From assembly GCA_040751795.1 (NCBI GenBank), contig JBFMHR010000004.1, forward strand, positions 71,884 through 135,883: DNA of 64,000 bases, read 5' to 3'. Positions 1 through 7,664 of the stretch are shown in pieces. Position 1 is the stretch's first letter. The number at the start of each line of letters is the position of its first letter. The position numbers and the translations under genes are program-made. The stretch comes from Thermoplasmatota archaeon (GTDB taxonomy: Archaea > Thermoplasmatota > Thermoplasmata > UBA10834). The notes under the pieces were generated by a model, which saw only the letters and a list, made by a program, of their open reading frames with translations, was not told the DNA's origin and searched no databases.

Positions 1-357
1 GCGAAGGACGACGGCACGGTCCAGGCGTTCTACAGCTGGGGCTCGGAGGCCGTGGACGCGAGCGGGTCCACGCCAGGGGTCCACCTCAACTCGTCGTGCT
101 TCACGACCGGGGCCGGGCTCATCCTTCACTCCGTCGTGCCGCTGTCCAACGGGACCGCATCCATCTCGCACGACTCGAGCGTCGGCCTGGTCGAGGAGGG
201 CTTCGTCGGGGCCATGACGGACTGGATAAGGGAGCACGGCCTCGTGCTGGGGTCGGCAGCGGCCGTCGCCGCCGTGGCGGGCGTCGTCGCGCTGCACCTG
301 GTCCTGAGGCGGAGGCGCTTCGGAGGGGAAGGCCCCGAGGAGAGAGGCGCCAAGTGA
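1..357 (+). CDS. 3' fragment of a membrane-anchored, probably surface, protein; gene begins upstream of the window
   Basis: Open frame from nt 1 with high GC3; C-terminal hydrophobic helix LVLGSAAAVAAVAGVVALHLVL followed by RRRR tail, typical of an archaeal C-terminal anchor. Confidence 0.45.
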   Translation, partial: AKDDGTVQAFYSWGSEAVDASGSTPGVHLNSSCFTTGAGLILHSVVPLSNGTASISHDSSVGLVEEGFVGAMTDWIREHGLVLGSAAAVAAVAGVVALHLVLRRRRFGGEGPEERGAK

Positions 358-361
358 GCCG

Positions 362-898
362 TCAGACCCATATCGCGTGCCGCTTCCTCATCTGGCCCTC
401 GCCCTGGCCGAGCTTCTCCATCAGCCGGGCGACTATGCCGTCGAGGTAGATCAGGGTGGCGTCCTCGAAGAGCGTGCCGAGGGGCGCGAGCGTGCGCCGG
501 TCCTCGTCCTTCGGGGGCGTTATCGATATGACGACGTTGGAGGCGCTCGCGAGCTTCGAGTGCGGGTTGGCGGTTATCGTGATGACCCTCGCGCCGACCC
601 TCCGGACTATGTTCGCCGTCTGCACGGCCGACATGGTCTCGCCGGTGTGGGACACGATGACGACGAGGTGGCCCTCCTCGACTATCGGGGTCACGGTCTC
701 CCCGACGAAGTAGACCTCGAGCCCCATCTGGACGAGCCTTATGGCGAACGCCTTGGCGATGAGCCCCGAGCGGCCGACCCCGTAGATGAAGACCCTCCTG
801 GCACCGATGATGGCCTCGACGAACTCGTCCGTCCCCTCGATCTCCCCCTCGAGGGTCCTGCCAATCATCCTGACTATGTACTCGGTGCTCTCCTTCAT
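362..898 (-). CDS. SIS-domain sugar-phosphate isomerase, 6-phospho-3-hexuloisomerase-like
   Basis: 178 aa; GVGRSG phosphosugar-binding motif and overall PHI/HxlB-like layout. Confidence 0.7.
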   Translation of the reverse strand: MKESTEYIVRMIGRTLEGEIEGTDEFVEAIIGARRVFIYGVGRSGLIAKAFAIRLVQMGLEVYFVGETVTPIVEEGHLVVIVSHTGETMSAVQTANIVRRVGARVITITANPHSKLASASNVVISITPPKDEDRRTLAPLGTLFEDATLIYLDGIVARLMEKLGQGEGQMRKRHAIWV

Positions 899-1944
899 CT
901 CGACCCGGCCTTCTCCTTCTTGTTGTTCACGGTCTCCTTGCCCTCCCTCGAGACCCTCTTGGAGAGGACCCTCTCCAGTATGACCTTCATGTACATCGCG
1001 TCGTGCTCGAGCAGCGGGGAGCCGGATATGATCGTGATGGGGTCGTTCCTGTCGACCAAGGCCTCGGCCAGCGGCTCGAACCTGAGGTCCCCCTTCTTGA
1101 TGGAGGTGTAGCGCTTCTCGTTGCCGTCCTCGTGCTCGACGCCCGAGAAGTGGGTGTAGAACTCCCCGTCGGAGAGGTCGGACAGCGAGTCCAGGAGCTC
1201 GTCGAAGTCCTTCGGCTCCTTGAGCTTACCGTGCTCGCGCGCGTGGTAGTGCGCGAAGTTGACCACCGGGACGACGCCCTCGATCTCCTTGCACAGCTTC
1301 GCGACCTCGGGGAGGGACCCGAAGATCTCCCTGCGCCCGCTGAGCTCGAGCCCTATCGGGGCCTTGATCCTCTGCTTCTTGTACCAGGCCGAGAGCTCCT
1401 TGACCCTGCCCCTGATGCGCTTGAAGGCGGTCTTGTCGTCCACGTCCCCGTACAGCCCGAGGTGGGTGACGACCATCGAGCCCCCGAGGGCCTTGGCGAT
1501 GATGCCGCCCCACCTGATCGAGTCCATGCTCTTGAACGAGAGCTCCCCCTCGCTGACGAGGTCCATGTAGTAGGGCGTGTGGATCGACATGGCCACGTCG
1601 AGCTCGTCGGCCATCACCCTGAGCTTGTCCAGGTCCTGGTAGTTGGTGGCCAGGCCGCTCGTGAGGGCGACCAGGGTGTCCTCGGCCTTTATGGGGGTGT
1701 CGAGGTCGTACAGGACCTCCTCCTTCACCCCCTTCTTGCGCACGATCTCGATGACCATGTCGCTGGTGAGCTCGAGGGGGGTCATGCCGACCTCCTCGGG
1801 CTCGGCCGTGCGCTCCTGGACGCTAGCCCTGACGAGCTGCGTCTCGAGGGCCGTGAGGCCGAGGTGGTGGACGTCCTCGATTCCGTCCTTCAATGTGCGC
1901 CCCTTGCAGGAGAGTGGGATTCCCGCGGGGCCAAAACGTATCAT
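895..1944 (-). CDS. Xylose-isomerase-like TIM-barrel protein (AP endonuclease family 2 / sugar-phosphate isomerase-like)
   Basis: 349 aa; His/Asp/Glu metal-ligand pattern typical of endonuclease IV-like TIM barrels; 4-bp overlap with the downstream SIS gene suggests an operon. Confidence 0.45.
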   Translation of the reverse strand: MIRFGPAGIPLSCKGRTLKDGIEDVHHLGLTALETQLVRASVQERTAEPEEVGMTPLELTSDMVIEIVRKKGVKEEVLYDLDTPIKAEDTLVALTSGLATNYQDLDKLRVMADELDVAMSIHTPYYMDLVSEGELSFKSMDSIRWGGIIAKALGGSMVVTHLGLYGDVDDKTAFKRIRGRVKELSAWYKKQRIKAPIGLELSGRREIFGSLPEVAKLCKEIEGVVPVVNFAHYHAREHGKLKEPKDFDELLDSLSDLSDGEFYTHFSGVEHEDGNEKRYTSIKKGDLRFEPLAEALVDRNDPITIISGSPLLEHDAMYMKVILERVLSKRVSREGKETVNNKKEKAGSR

Positions 1945-2163
1945 CAGAGACCACTGATATGAGCTGAGTTTCCGGAGTATGCCTTATGGCGTATATATCT
2001 ATTCGTGGACGTCGTATATTGGTCCGCCCGCCCGCCAGCCCGCGCCCTCGCGCCCCGCGCGGCGTGGCGGATGACATCTGGCCAGGGTCCCGGGGGCATC
2101 CAAAGCTTTATAAACGGTTCCCCCATTTACTCGCCTGCTCTCTGGTTGTCGGAGGAGTCAGAT

Positions 2164-2529
2164 ATGGGTAAGATCTCTAAGAAGACGAATCCCAACCTCG
2201 TAGGCCTGATCAAGCGTCTCAAGGACGCGAGCAGGACCAACGAGGCACCTGTCTGGCGAGACATCGCAGCACGCCTGGAGGGCCCTCAGCGGAACTGGGC
2301 CGAGGTCAACGTCGGGAAGCTCCACCTCTATGCGGAGGAGGACGACGTGATCGTGGTCCCGGGGAAGCTCCTGGGCTCGGGCGAGCTCGCGAAGAAGCTC
2401 ACCGTCGCGGCATACAGGTCATCGGGACAGGCGAAGGACAAGGTTGCGAAGGCGGGCGGGACAAGCATGTCCATAGAGGAGCTCATGGCTAAGTACCCCA
2501 AGGGCTCCAAAGTCAAGATCATGGGGTGA
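2164..2529 (+). CDS. rpl18e: 50S ribosomal protein L18e
   Basis: MGKISKKTNPNLVGLIKRLK... diagnostic L18e N-terminus; ATG at 2164 inside the longer listed ORF; followed by L13-S9-RpoN as in the conserved archaeal operon. Confidence 0.85.
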   Translation: MGKISKKTNPNLVGLIKRLKDASRTNEAPVWRDIAARLEGPQRNWAEVNVGKLHLYAEEDDVIVVPGKLLGSGELAKKLTVAAYRSSGQAKDKVAKAGGTSMSIEELMAKYPKGSKVKIMG

Positions 2530-2534
2530 AGGCC

Positions 2535-2960
2535 ATGGCCGTCATAGATGCAGAAGGGCTCGTGCTAGGGAGGCTCAGCACCCACGTCGCAAAGCGCCTC
2601 CTCAGCGGCGAGGAGATCGTCATAGTCAACGCCGAGAAGGCCGTCATCTCGGGCGACAAGGTCCAGTTGCTCGCTCACTACAAGCACAGGAGGGAGAGGG
2701 GCACGAGGAACCACGGGCCGTTCTTCCCGCGCGACGCCGACGCGATCCTCAAGAGGACCGTCCGTGGGATGCTCGAGCACAAGAAGCCCTCGGGACGCGC
2801 CGCCTACAGGCGCCTCAAGGTCTACGTGGGCGTCCCGAAAGGGCTCCAGGCCGAGAAGGCTGAGACCCTCGAGTCGGCGAAGAAGCCCCAGCTGTCCAAG
2901 TACACGACCCTTGCTGCGATATCCAAGGAGCTCGGGTCCAAGAGGGAGGTCCGCACATGA
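2535..2960 (+). CDS. rpl13: 50S ribosomal protein L13
   Basis: [40 protein letters not shown] matches archaeal L13; an alternative GTG at 2526 overlaps the L18e stop. Confidence 0.9.
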   Translation: MAVIDAEGLVLGRLSTHVAKRLLSGEEIVIVNAEKAVISGDKVQLLAHYKHRRERGTRNHGPFFPRDADAILKRTVRGMLEHKKPSGRAAYRRLKVYVGVPKGLQAEKAETLESAKKPQLSKYTTLAAISKELGSKREVRT

Positions 2961-3355
2961 AGGTCGTAGTCGCCAGTGGCAAGAGGAAGAGCGCGGTCGC
3001 GAGGGCCAGCGTCAGGAAGGGCCGCGGTCTCGTCAGGATCAACAGCGTCCCGGTCGAGATATACGAGCCGTCCCTCGCGAGGACGAAGATCATGGAGCCG
3101 CTGACGCTCGCAGGCGACAAGTCCACGAAGGTGGACATCGACGTGAACGTCGAGGGCGGCGGTGTCATGGGCCAGGCGACCGCCTCCAGGACCGCGATAG
3201 CCAAGGGGCTGGTCCAGTTCCTGGAGGACCAGGACCTCGAGGCCATGTTCATGAGGTACGACCGCTCGCTCCTCGTCTCGGACGCGAGGAGGAAGCTGCC
3301 GAAGAAGCCTCTGGGCAGGGGCGCGAGGAAGAAGAGGCAGAAGTCGTACAGGTGA
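2957..3355 (+). CDS. rps9: 30S ribosomal protein S9
   Basis: [17 protein letters not shown]... C-terminal KKRQKSYR; ATGA overlap with L13 stop. Confidence 0.9.
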   Translation: MKVVVASGKRKSAVARASVRKGRGLVRINSVPVEIYEPSLARTKIMEPLTLAGDKSTKVDIDVNVEGGGVMGQATASRTAIAKGLVQFLEDQDLEAMFMRYDRSLLVSDARRKLPKKPLGRGARKKRQKSYR

Positions 3356-3362
3356 TGTTGAG

Positions 3363-3551
3363 ATGATCATACCCGTAAGATGCTTCACGTGCGGCAAGGT
3401 CATAGGCAGCGCCTTCGAGGAGTTCGTGAAGAGGGTCGACATGGGGGAGCCGCCGAGGGACGTCCTCGACGCCCTCCACCTGGACCGGTACTGCTGCCGC
3501 AGGATGATCCTCACCCACGCAAACCTCATAGACGAGGTCGCGCCCTACTGA
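3363..3551 (+). CDS. rpoN: DNA-directed RNA polymerase subunit N (Rpb10)
   Basis: [15 protein letters not shown]...CCRRM zinc-binding motifs, 62 aa. Confidence 0.9.
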   Translation: MIIPVRCFTCGKVIGSAFEEFVKRVDMGEPPRDVLDALHLDRYCCRRMILTHANLIDEVAPY

Positions 3552-3579
3552 GGGCGCCCTCGGCAACCATTTCTCCCAC

Positions 3580-3652
3580 GGGCCCGTGGGGTAGCTTGGT
3601 ATCCTTCCAGCTTGGGGTGCTGGTGACTCGCGTTCAAATCGCGACGGGCCCA
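3580..3652 (+). tRNA. tRNA-Pro (anticodon GGG)
   Basis: Cloverleaf readable: acceptor GGGCCCG/CGGGCCC, anticodon stem CCAGC/GCTGG with loop TTGGGGT, T-arm CGCG-TTCAAAT-CGCG; CCA not encoded. Confidence 0.8.
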
Positions 3653-3804
3653 CATGGCCATTTAGTCAATTAGCAGGAATTGGGATTTCAGTCACATAGG
3701 GCGCCAGTGATTGTCTTCAGAGCAAGACATTGGCTTTGGTGAATACTCGGAAATGCCCCTAAGGCAGCCAATCTGTTTATTAGCGCGGTTTTGGATGACA
3801 AGCT

Positions 3805-4725
3805 GTGAACAGCCGCAACCACGGCAACGTCGGAGCTGCGGCAGCCACGAGGCCACTTCTAATTGCCATCATGGTTACGAGCTCGTTCACGGTCATTGAG
3901 TTCATTGGCGGCATCCTGACCGACAGCCTGGCATTGATGAGCGACGCTGGTCACATGTTCACCGATACTCTCGCTCTGGCTTTGAGCCTAGGGGCCATGA
4001 GGGTGGCTATGCGCCCGTCCAGCGAGGAGATGACCTTTGGCTTCCTTCGAGCGGAGATCCTGGCTGCGTTGGTCAACGGCGCCACTCTGATTCTTGTGTC
4101 GCTGTTGATCTTCTCCGAGGCCCTCGAGCGAATCCTGGAACCGCCAGAGATAGAAGCTCCTCTTATGCTTCTTGTCGCCGTCCTCGGCCTCGCGGCAAAT
4201 GCAGCAGGCATCTACCTGCTTCACGACAAGTCCAAGGGGAGTCTCAATGTCAGGGGTGCCTTCCTGCATATGCTCGGGGACCTTCTGTCCTCAATCGCAG
4301 TCATTGTCGGAGCGCTTCTCATCATGCTCTTTGACTTGAGGATTGCCGACCCATTATTGGGCATTCTGATCGGTGCCATCATACTGTACGGCTCCTGGAA
4401 ACTCGTGACCCAATCGACAGCCATCTTGCTGGAATCAGTCCCAAGCCATCTGAAGCTCGGAGACATACGGATGTCACTTCAGAGTGTTGGGGGAGTTGTT
4501 GAGATACACGATCTCCATGTGTGGACGCTAACATCAGGTCTCCACGCGATGAGTGCGCATGTCGTAGTGGAGGACAGGCGGATCAGTGACTGCGCAGGGA
4601 TCGTCCAGGAGTGCGAAAGGCTACTCAAAGAGCGATTCTCGATATCGCACACGACATTTCAGCTAGAGTTCAAGACCTGCGGAGAGAACGCATGTGTGTT
4701 TGTCTCTACCCGGCCACTACATTGA
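3805..4725 (+). CDS. Cation diffusion facilitator (CDF) family metal efflux transporter, CzcD-like
   Basis: 306 aa; six TM segments followed by a cytoplasmic domain; HxxxD-type motifs (SDAGHMFTD, LHMLGDLLSS); codon usage visibly lower in GC than the flanks. Confidence 0.85.
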   Translation: MNSRNHGNVGAAAATRPLLIAIMVTSSFTVIEFIGGILTDSLALMSDAGHMFTDTLALALSLGAMRVAMRPSSEEMTFGFLRAEILAALVNGATLILVSLLIFSEALERILEPPEIEAPLMLLVAVLGLAANAAGIYLLHDKSKGSLNVRGAFLHMLGDLLSSIAVIVGALLIMLFDLRIADPLLGILIGAIILYGSWKLVTQSTAILLESVPSHLKLGDIRMSLQSVGGVVEIHDLHVWTLTSGLHAMSAHVVVEDRRISDCAGIVQECERLLKERFSISHTTFQLEFKTCGENACVFVSTRPLH

Positions 4726-4840
4726 GGGATGTCCAATCTGATTGAAGTAGGTGAGCGGCCCGAAGGGTCCAGAGGGCAGCGGGGCGAATCCCAATCCGCG
4801 CGAATAGAGCATTTAGCCAGTAGTGCCTGTCGCGGCTCAG

Positions 4841-4862
4841 GTTCAAATCGCGACGGGCCCAC
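4841..4862 (+). repeat. Direct repeat of the tRNA-Pro 3' end (attR-like)
   Basis: GTTCAAATCGCGACGGGCCCAC identical to 3632..3653. Confidence 0.6.
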
Positions 4863-4903
4863 TCGGGCAACTTCGTTGAGGGGCTGCGTGTCGGGCAGGC
4901 AGG

Positions 4904-4940
4904 TCTATATAGGCCGGCGTCATTGACTGACGGTCAGTCA
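4904..4940 (+). promoter_or_regulatory. Putative tetR promoter (TATA-like TCTATATA) with a palindromic operator TGACTGAC-G-GTCAGTCA
   Basis: Perfect 8-bp inverted repeat with 1-nt spacer at 4924..4940, about 13 bp downstream of the TATA-like box and just upstream of the tetR ATG at 4950. Confidence 0.4.
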
Positions 4941-4949
4941 GGTGTGCCG

Positions 4950-5633
4950 ATGCCACGCGTCACGAAGGAGCGGGATGAGCGAAGGGAGGAGTTCATAGAG
5001 GCCTCGAAGGCCCTCTTCAACAAGAAGGGCTTCGAGAATACGACGGTGGACGACATAGTCGATGCGGTGGGAGTCGCGAAGGGCCTCTTCTACTACTACT
5101 TCGAATCGAAGGACGCCCTCCTCGATGAGATCACGGATGCTTTCGTGCAGGAGATCAAGATGGCCATCACCAGTGCAGCCTCCCGCGGGGACCTTTCGGC
5201 GGTCGCCAAGATGGAGCTGCTGCTCGAGGCTTCTGGCGACATCAAGGTGAAGTCGATGGCCCTTGTGAGATACTTCCACGAGGCGAGGAACAGGCACCTG
5301 CACCTGGCGGTCGAGGAGCGCGTGATGGAGTTCCTGGTCCCCGCCCTCCAGGACATCATCCGACAGGGGGTCGAGGAGGGGGTCTTCGATACCAAGCAAC
5401 CTCACCATGCGTCCCTGGCCATCATCGGCGCAGGGAGGGCGATATCCCACGAGTGGACGGACCGACTCTCGGCGGGGGAGGTGATGGAGATGGTCTCCGC
5501 GTACCAGGCCTTGGCCGAGAGGATGCTCGGCGCCCGCCCAGGCACCCTTGACGTCTACAGCCGTTTGGTGAAGAAGAACCTGGCCAAGGTCACATCGTCA
5601 GGCCGAAGGGGCCCGAGGAGGCAGGGGAAGTGA
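4950..5633 (+). CDS. TetR/AcrR family transcriptional regulator
   Basis: N-terminal HTH FENTTVDDIVDAVGVAKGLFYYYFESKDALL typical of TetR; ATG at 4950 preferred over TTG at 4923. Confidence 0.8.
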   Translation: MPRVTKERDERREEFIEASKALFNKKGFENTTVDDIVDAVGVAKGLFYYYFESKDALLDEITDAFVQEIKMAITSAASRGDLSAVAKMELLLEASGDIKVKSMALVRYFHEARNRHLHLAVEERVMEFLVPALQDIIRQGVEEGVFDTKQPHHASLAIIGAGRAISHEWTDRLSAGEVMEMVSAYQALAERMLGARPGTLDVYSRLVKKNLAKVTSSGRRGPRRQGK

Positions 5634-7195
5634 GCGACGGGACCCAGGACGCCAGCGGCGGCGGTGCGGCGAGGGACGCCGGCTCACGGAGGTTCATAAT
5701 GGCCGGGTTGACGCTGGGGCTGCTCCTCGCTAGCCTGGACCAGACCATTGTGGGCACGAGCCTCCCCAAGATCGTGGGCGAACTCGGAGGCCTCGACAGG
5801 TTCTCTTGGCTGTTCAGCGCGTACATGCTCGCCGCGACCATAATGATCCCCATGGCGGGGAAGATGAGCGACAGGTACGGCCGCAGGCCGGTCTTCCTCC
5901 TCGGCATGGTCTTCTTCCTCTCGGGCTCCGCTCTCTCCGGCCTCGCCCAGGACATGGACCAGCTCATCATCTTCCGGTTCGTCCAAGGGTTCGGAGGCGG
6001 CGCGATGTTCCCCGTTGCGGTCGCGACGGTCGCCGACCTGTACGCGCCCTCCGAGCGCGGCAAGATGCAGGGGGGGCTGGGCGCGGTCTTCGCGCTGGCG
6101 AGCATAATAGGGCCGTTCGTGGGCGGGTGGATCGTGGACAACATCGACTGGAGGTGGGTGTTCTACGTGAACCTCCCGATCGGCGTGGCTGCCATAGCGG
6201 TCACCTCGGTCAAGTTCCCGAGGGTCCGGGCCGACTCGCGGCAGCCCGTGGACTACCTGGGGATAGCCCTGCTCACGGCCGCCCTCTCCGCGGGCCTTCT
6301 GATAACGTTCTGGGGCGGCACGACGTACGGGTGGGCGAGCATCGAGATACTGTCACTGGGCGTCGTCTGCGCCCTGCTCTCGGTCGCCTTCATCTACGTC
6401 GAGACCACCGCCGCGGACCCGATGCTGCCGCTCAGCCTGTTCAGGGAGCCGGTCTTCGCGCTCAGCTCCCTCTCCCTGATGGTCATGGTGATGGGCCTCC
6501 TCGGCGTGGTGGCGTTCCTCCCGCTGTTCCTGCAGGCCATCATCGGCATGTCCGCGACGTACAGCGGGGAGCTGCTCGTCCCGCTCATGCTGACCTCGAT
6601 GGCGGGGGCCATAGTCAGCGGGTTGATGCTCAAGAAGACGGGCTACAAGGTCTGGATCCTCGCGGGTCCGCTCATCGCGGCGCTGGGGCTCTACCTCCTC
6701 TCGACGCTCCACAGCGAGAGCGGCGCCCTCGAGGCCGTCGCCTATCTCATGGTCTCCGGCCTCGGGCTGGGGTTCACGATGGCCAACTACGTGGTCGCGG
6801 GTCAGAACGTCGTTTCGAGGGAGATGATGGGTGTCGCCTCCTCGACGCTCACGCTCTTCAGGACGCTCGGCGGCACCATAGGGGTCACCGTCCTGGGAGT
6901 CGTGGTGAACAGGCGGTTCTCCGCCGAGCTGTCGGGAACCATCCCGCCCGGGTGGGAGTCCCTCGAGTCCCAGGACATGAGCACTCTGGGGAACCTCCTG
7001 CTCAGCGCGGAGGGGGATGCGTTCCCTCCAGAGGTCATCGAGGGAATCAGGACCGCCCTCAGCGAGAGCATCACCTTCGCCTTCCTCGTGAGCGCCTTCG
7101 TGGTCCTCGGTGCCTTCGTGGTGACGCTATTCATCAAGAACGTGCCCCTGAAGAGCGTCGAGGAGCCGTCCGAGGGAGGGGACCCGCCTCGCTGA
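5630..7195 (+). CDS. MFS transporter, DHA2 (EmrB/QacA-like) drug:H+ antiporter family, 14 TMS
   Basis: 521 aa; DHA2 signature blocks (GKMSDRYGRRPVFLLG, FRFVQGFGGGAMFP); start overlaps the tetR stop; an alternative start at MAGLTLG is possible. Confidence 0.85.
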   Translation: MSDGTQDASGGGAARDAGSRRFIMAGLTLGLLLASLDQTIVGTSLPKIVGELGGLDRFSWLFSAYMLAATIMIPMAGKMSDRYGRRPVFLLGMVFFLSGSALSGLAQDMDQLIIFRFVQGFGGGAMFPVAVATVADLYAPSERGKMQGGLGAVFALASIIGPFVGGWIVDNIDWRWVFYVNLPIGVAAIAVTSVKFPRVRADSRQPVDYLGIALLTAALSAGLLITFWGGTTYGWASIEILSLGVVCALLSVAFIYVETTAADPMLPLSLFREPVFALSSLSLMVMVMGLLGVVAFLPLFLQAIIGMSATYSGELLVPLMLTSMAGAIVSGLMLKKTGYKVWILAGPLIAALGLYLLSTLHSESGALEAVAYLMVSGLGLGFTMANYVVAGQNVVSREMMGVASSTLTLFRTLGGTIGVTVLGVVVNRRFSAELSGTIPPGWESLESQDMSTLGNLLLSAEGDAFPPEVIEGIRTALSESITFAFLVSAFVVLGAFVVTLFIKNVPLKSVEEPSEGGDPPR

Positions 7196-7297
7196 GATGG
7201 AGGAAGATGTCCGGCTCGCTTGCCGTGGCCGAGTCCTACGGGGGGGGGAGGTGCGCCTTCAAGATTGTCGGATTCCCGCGCCCCTGCTTGGTCGGCG

Positions 7298-7573
7298 CTA
7301 CACCCCAGTCCTGTTCTGCGTGTCCTCTCCGGGGAACGGTTCGTCGTCGAACGGGTTGCAGTTGTTGTCGTCGTAGTACCCGTCGTCCTCGCCGTGGGTG
7401 AGCTGGTTCTGGTCCCCTCCCGCGAGTGCCACGCCTATCCCGGACACCGCCACCGCGGCGAGGGCGACCGCGATCCCGATCGTCAGCGCCCTCTTCCCGA
7501 AGCGACCCCTGCGTTCCCCATCCTTCCCTATCCTCATGCGGCCGTCCGAGCCCCTCTCGAGTCTGATGCCCAT
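7298..7573 (-). CDS. Small hypothetical membrane-anchored protein with acidic C-terminus
   Basis: High GC3 in this frame; one TM helix (LTIGIAVALAAVAVSGIGVALA) then a D/E/Y-rich tail; no homology recognised. Confidence 0.35.
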   Translation of the reverse strand: MGIRLERGSDGRMRIGKDGERRGRFGKRALTIGIAVALAAVAVSGIGVALAGGDQNQLTHGEDDGYYDDNNCNPFDDEPFPGEDTQNRTGV

Positions 7574-7664
7574 GCTGAGCGGGAGCGGCCGGCGGGGTAC
7601 AAGAACCTGGGCAGCAGATTTGCAGTGGTTATATCAATTGTGATAACGCGGCCCGCCCGCCAGC

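Larger units (their letters stand above)
3653..4862. mobile_element. Putative integrated islet (remnant) inserted at the tRNA-Pro 3' end; cargo is a CDF metal transporter
   Basis: GC drops to roughly 50% versus roughly 68% on both sides; bounded on the left by intact tRNA-Pro and on the right by a 22-bp exact repeat of the tRNA 3' end; no integrase ORF inside. Confidence 0.5.

Noticed and set aside
4831-4862. Second tRNA gene at the right edge of the islet
   Set aside because: Only the T-arm and 3' acceptor half is present and no complete cloverleaf forms. It is interpreted as an att-site duplicate of tRNA-Pro.
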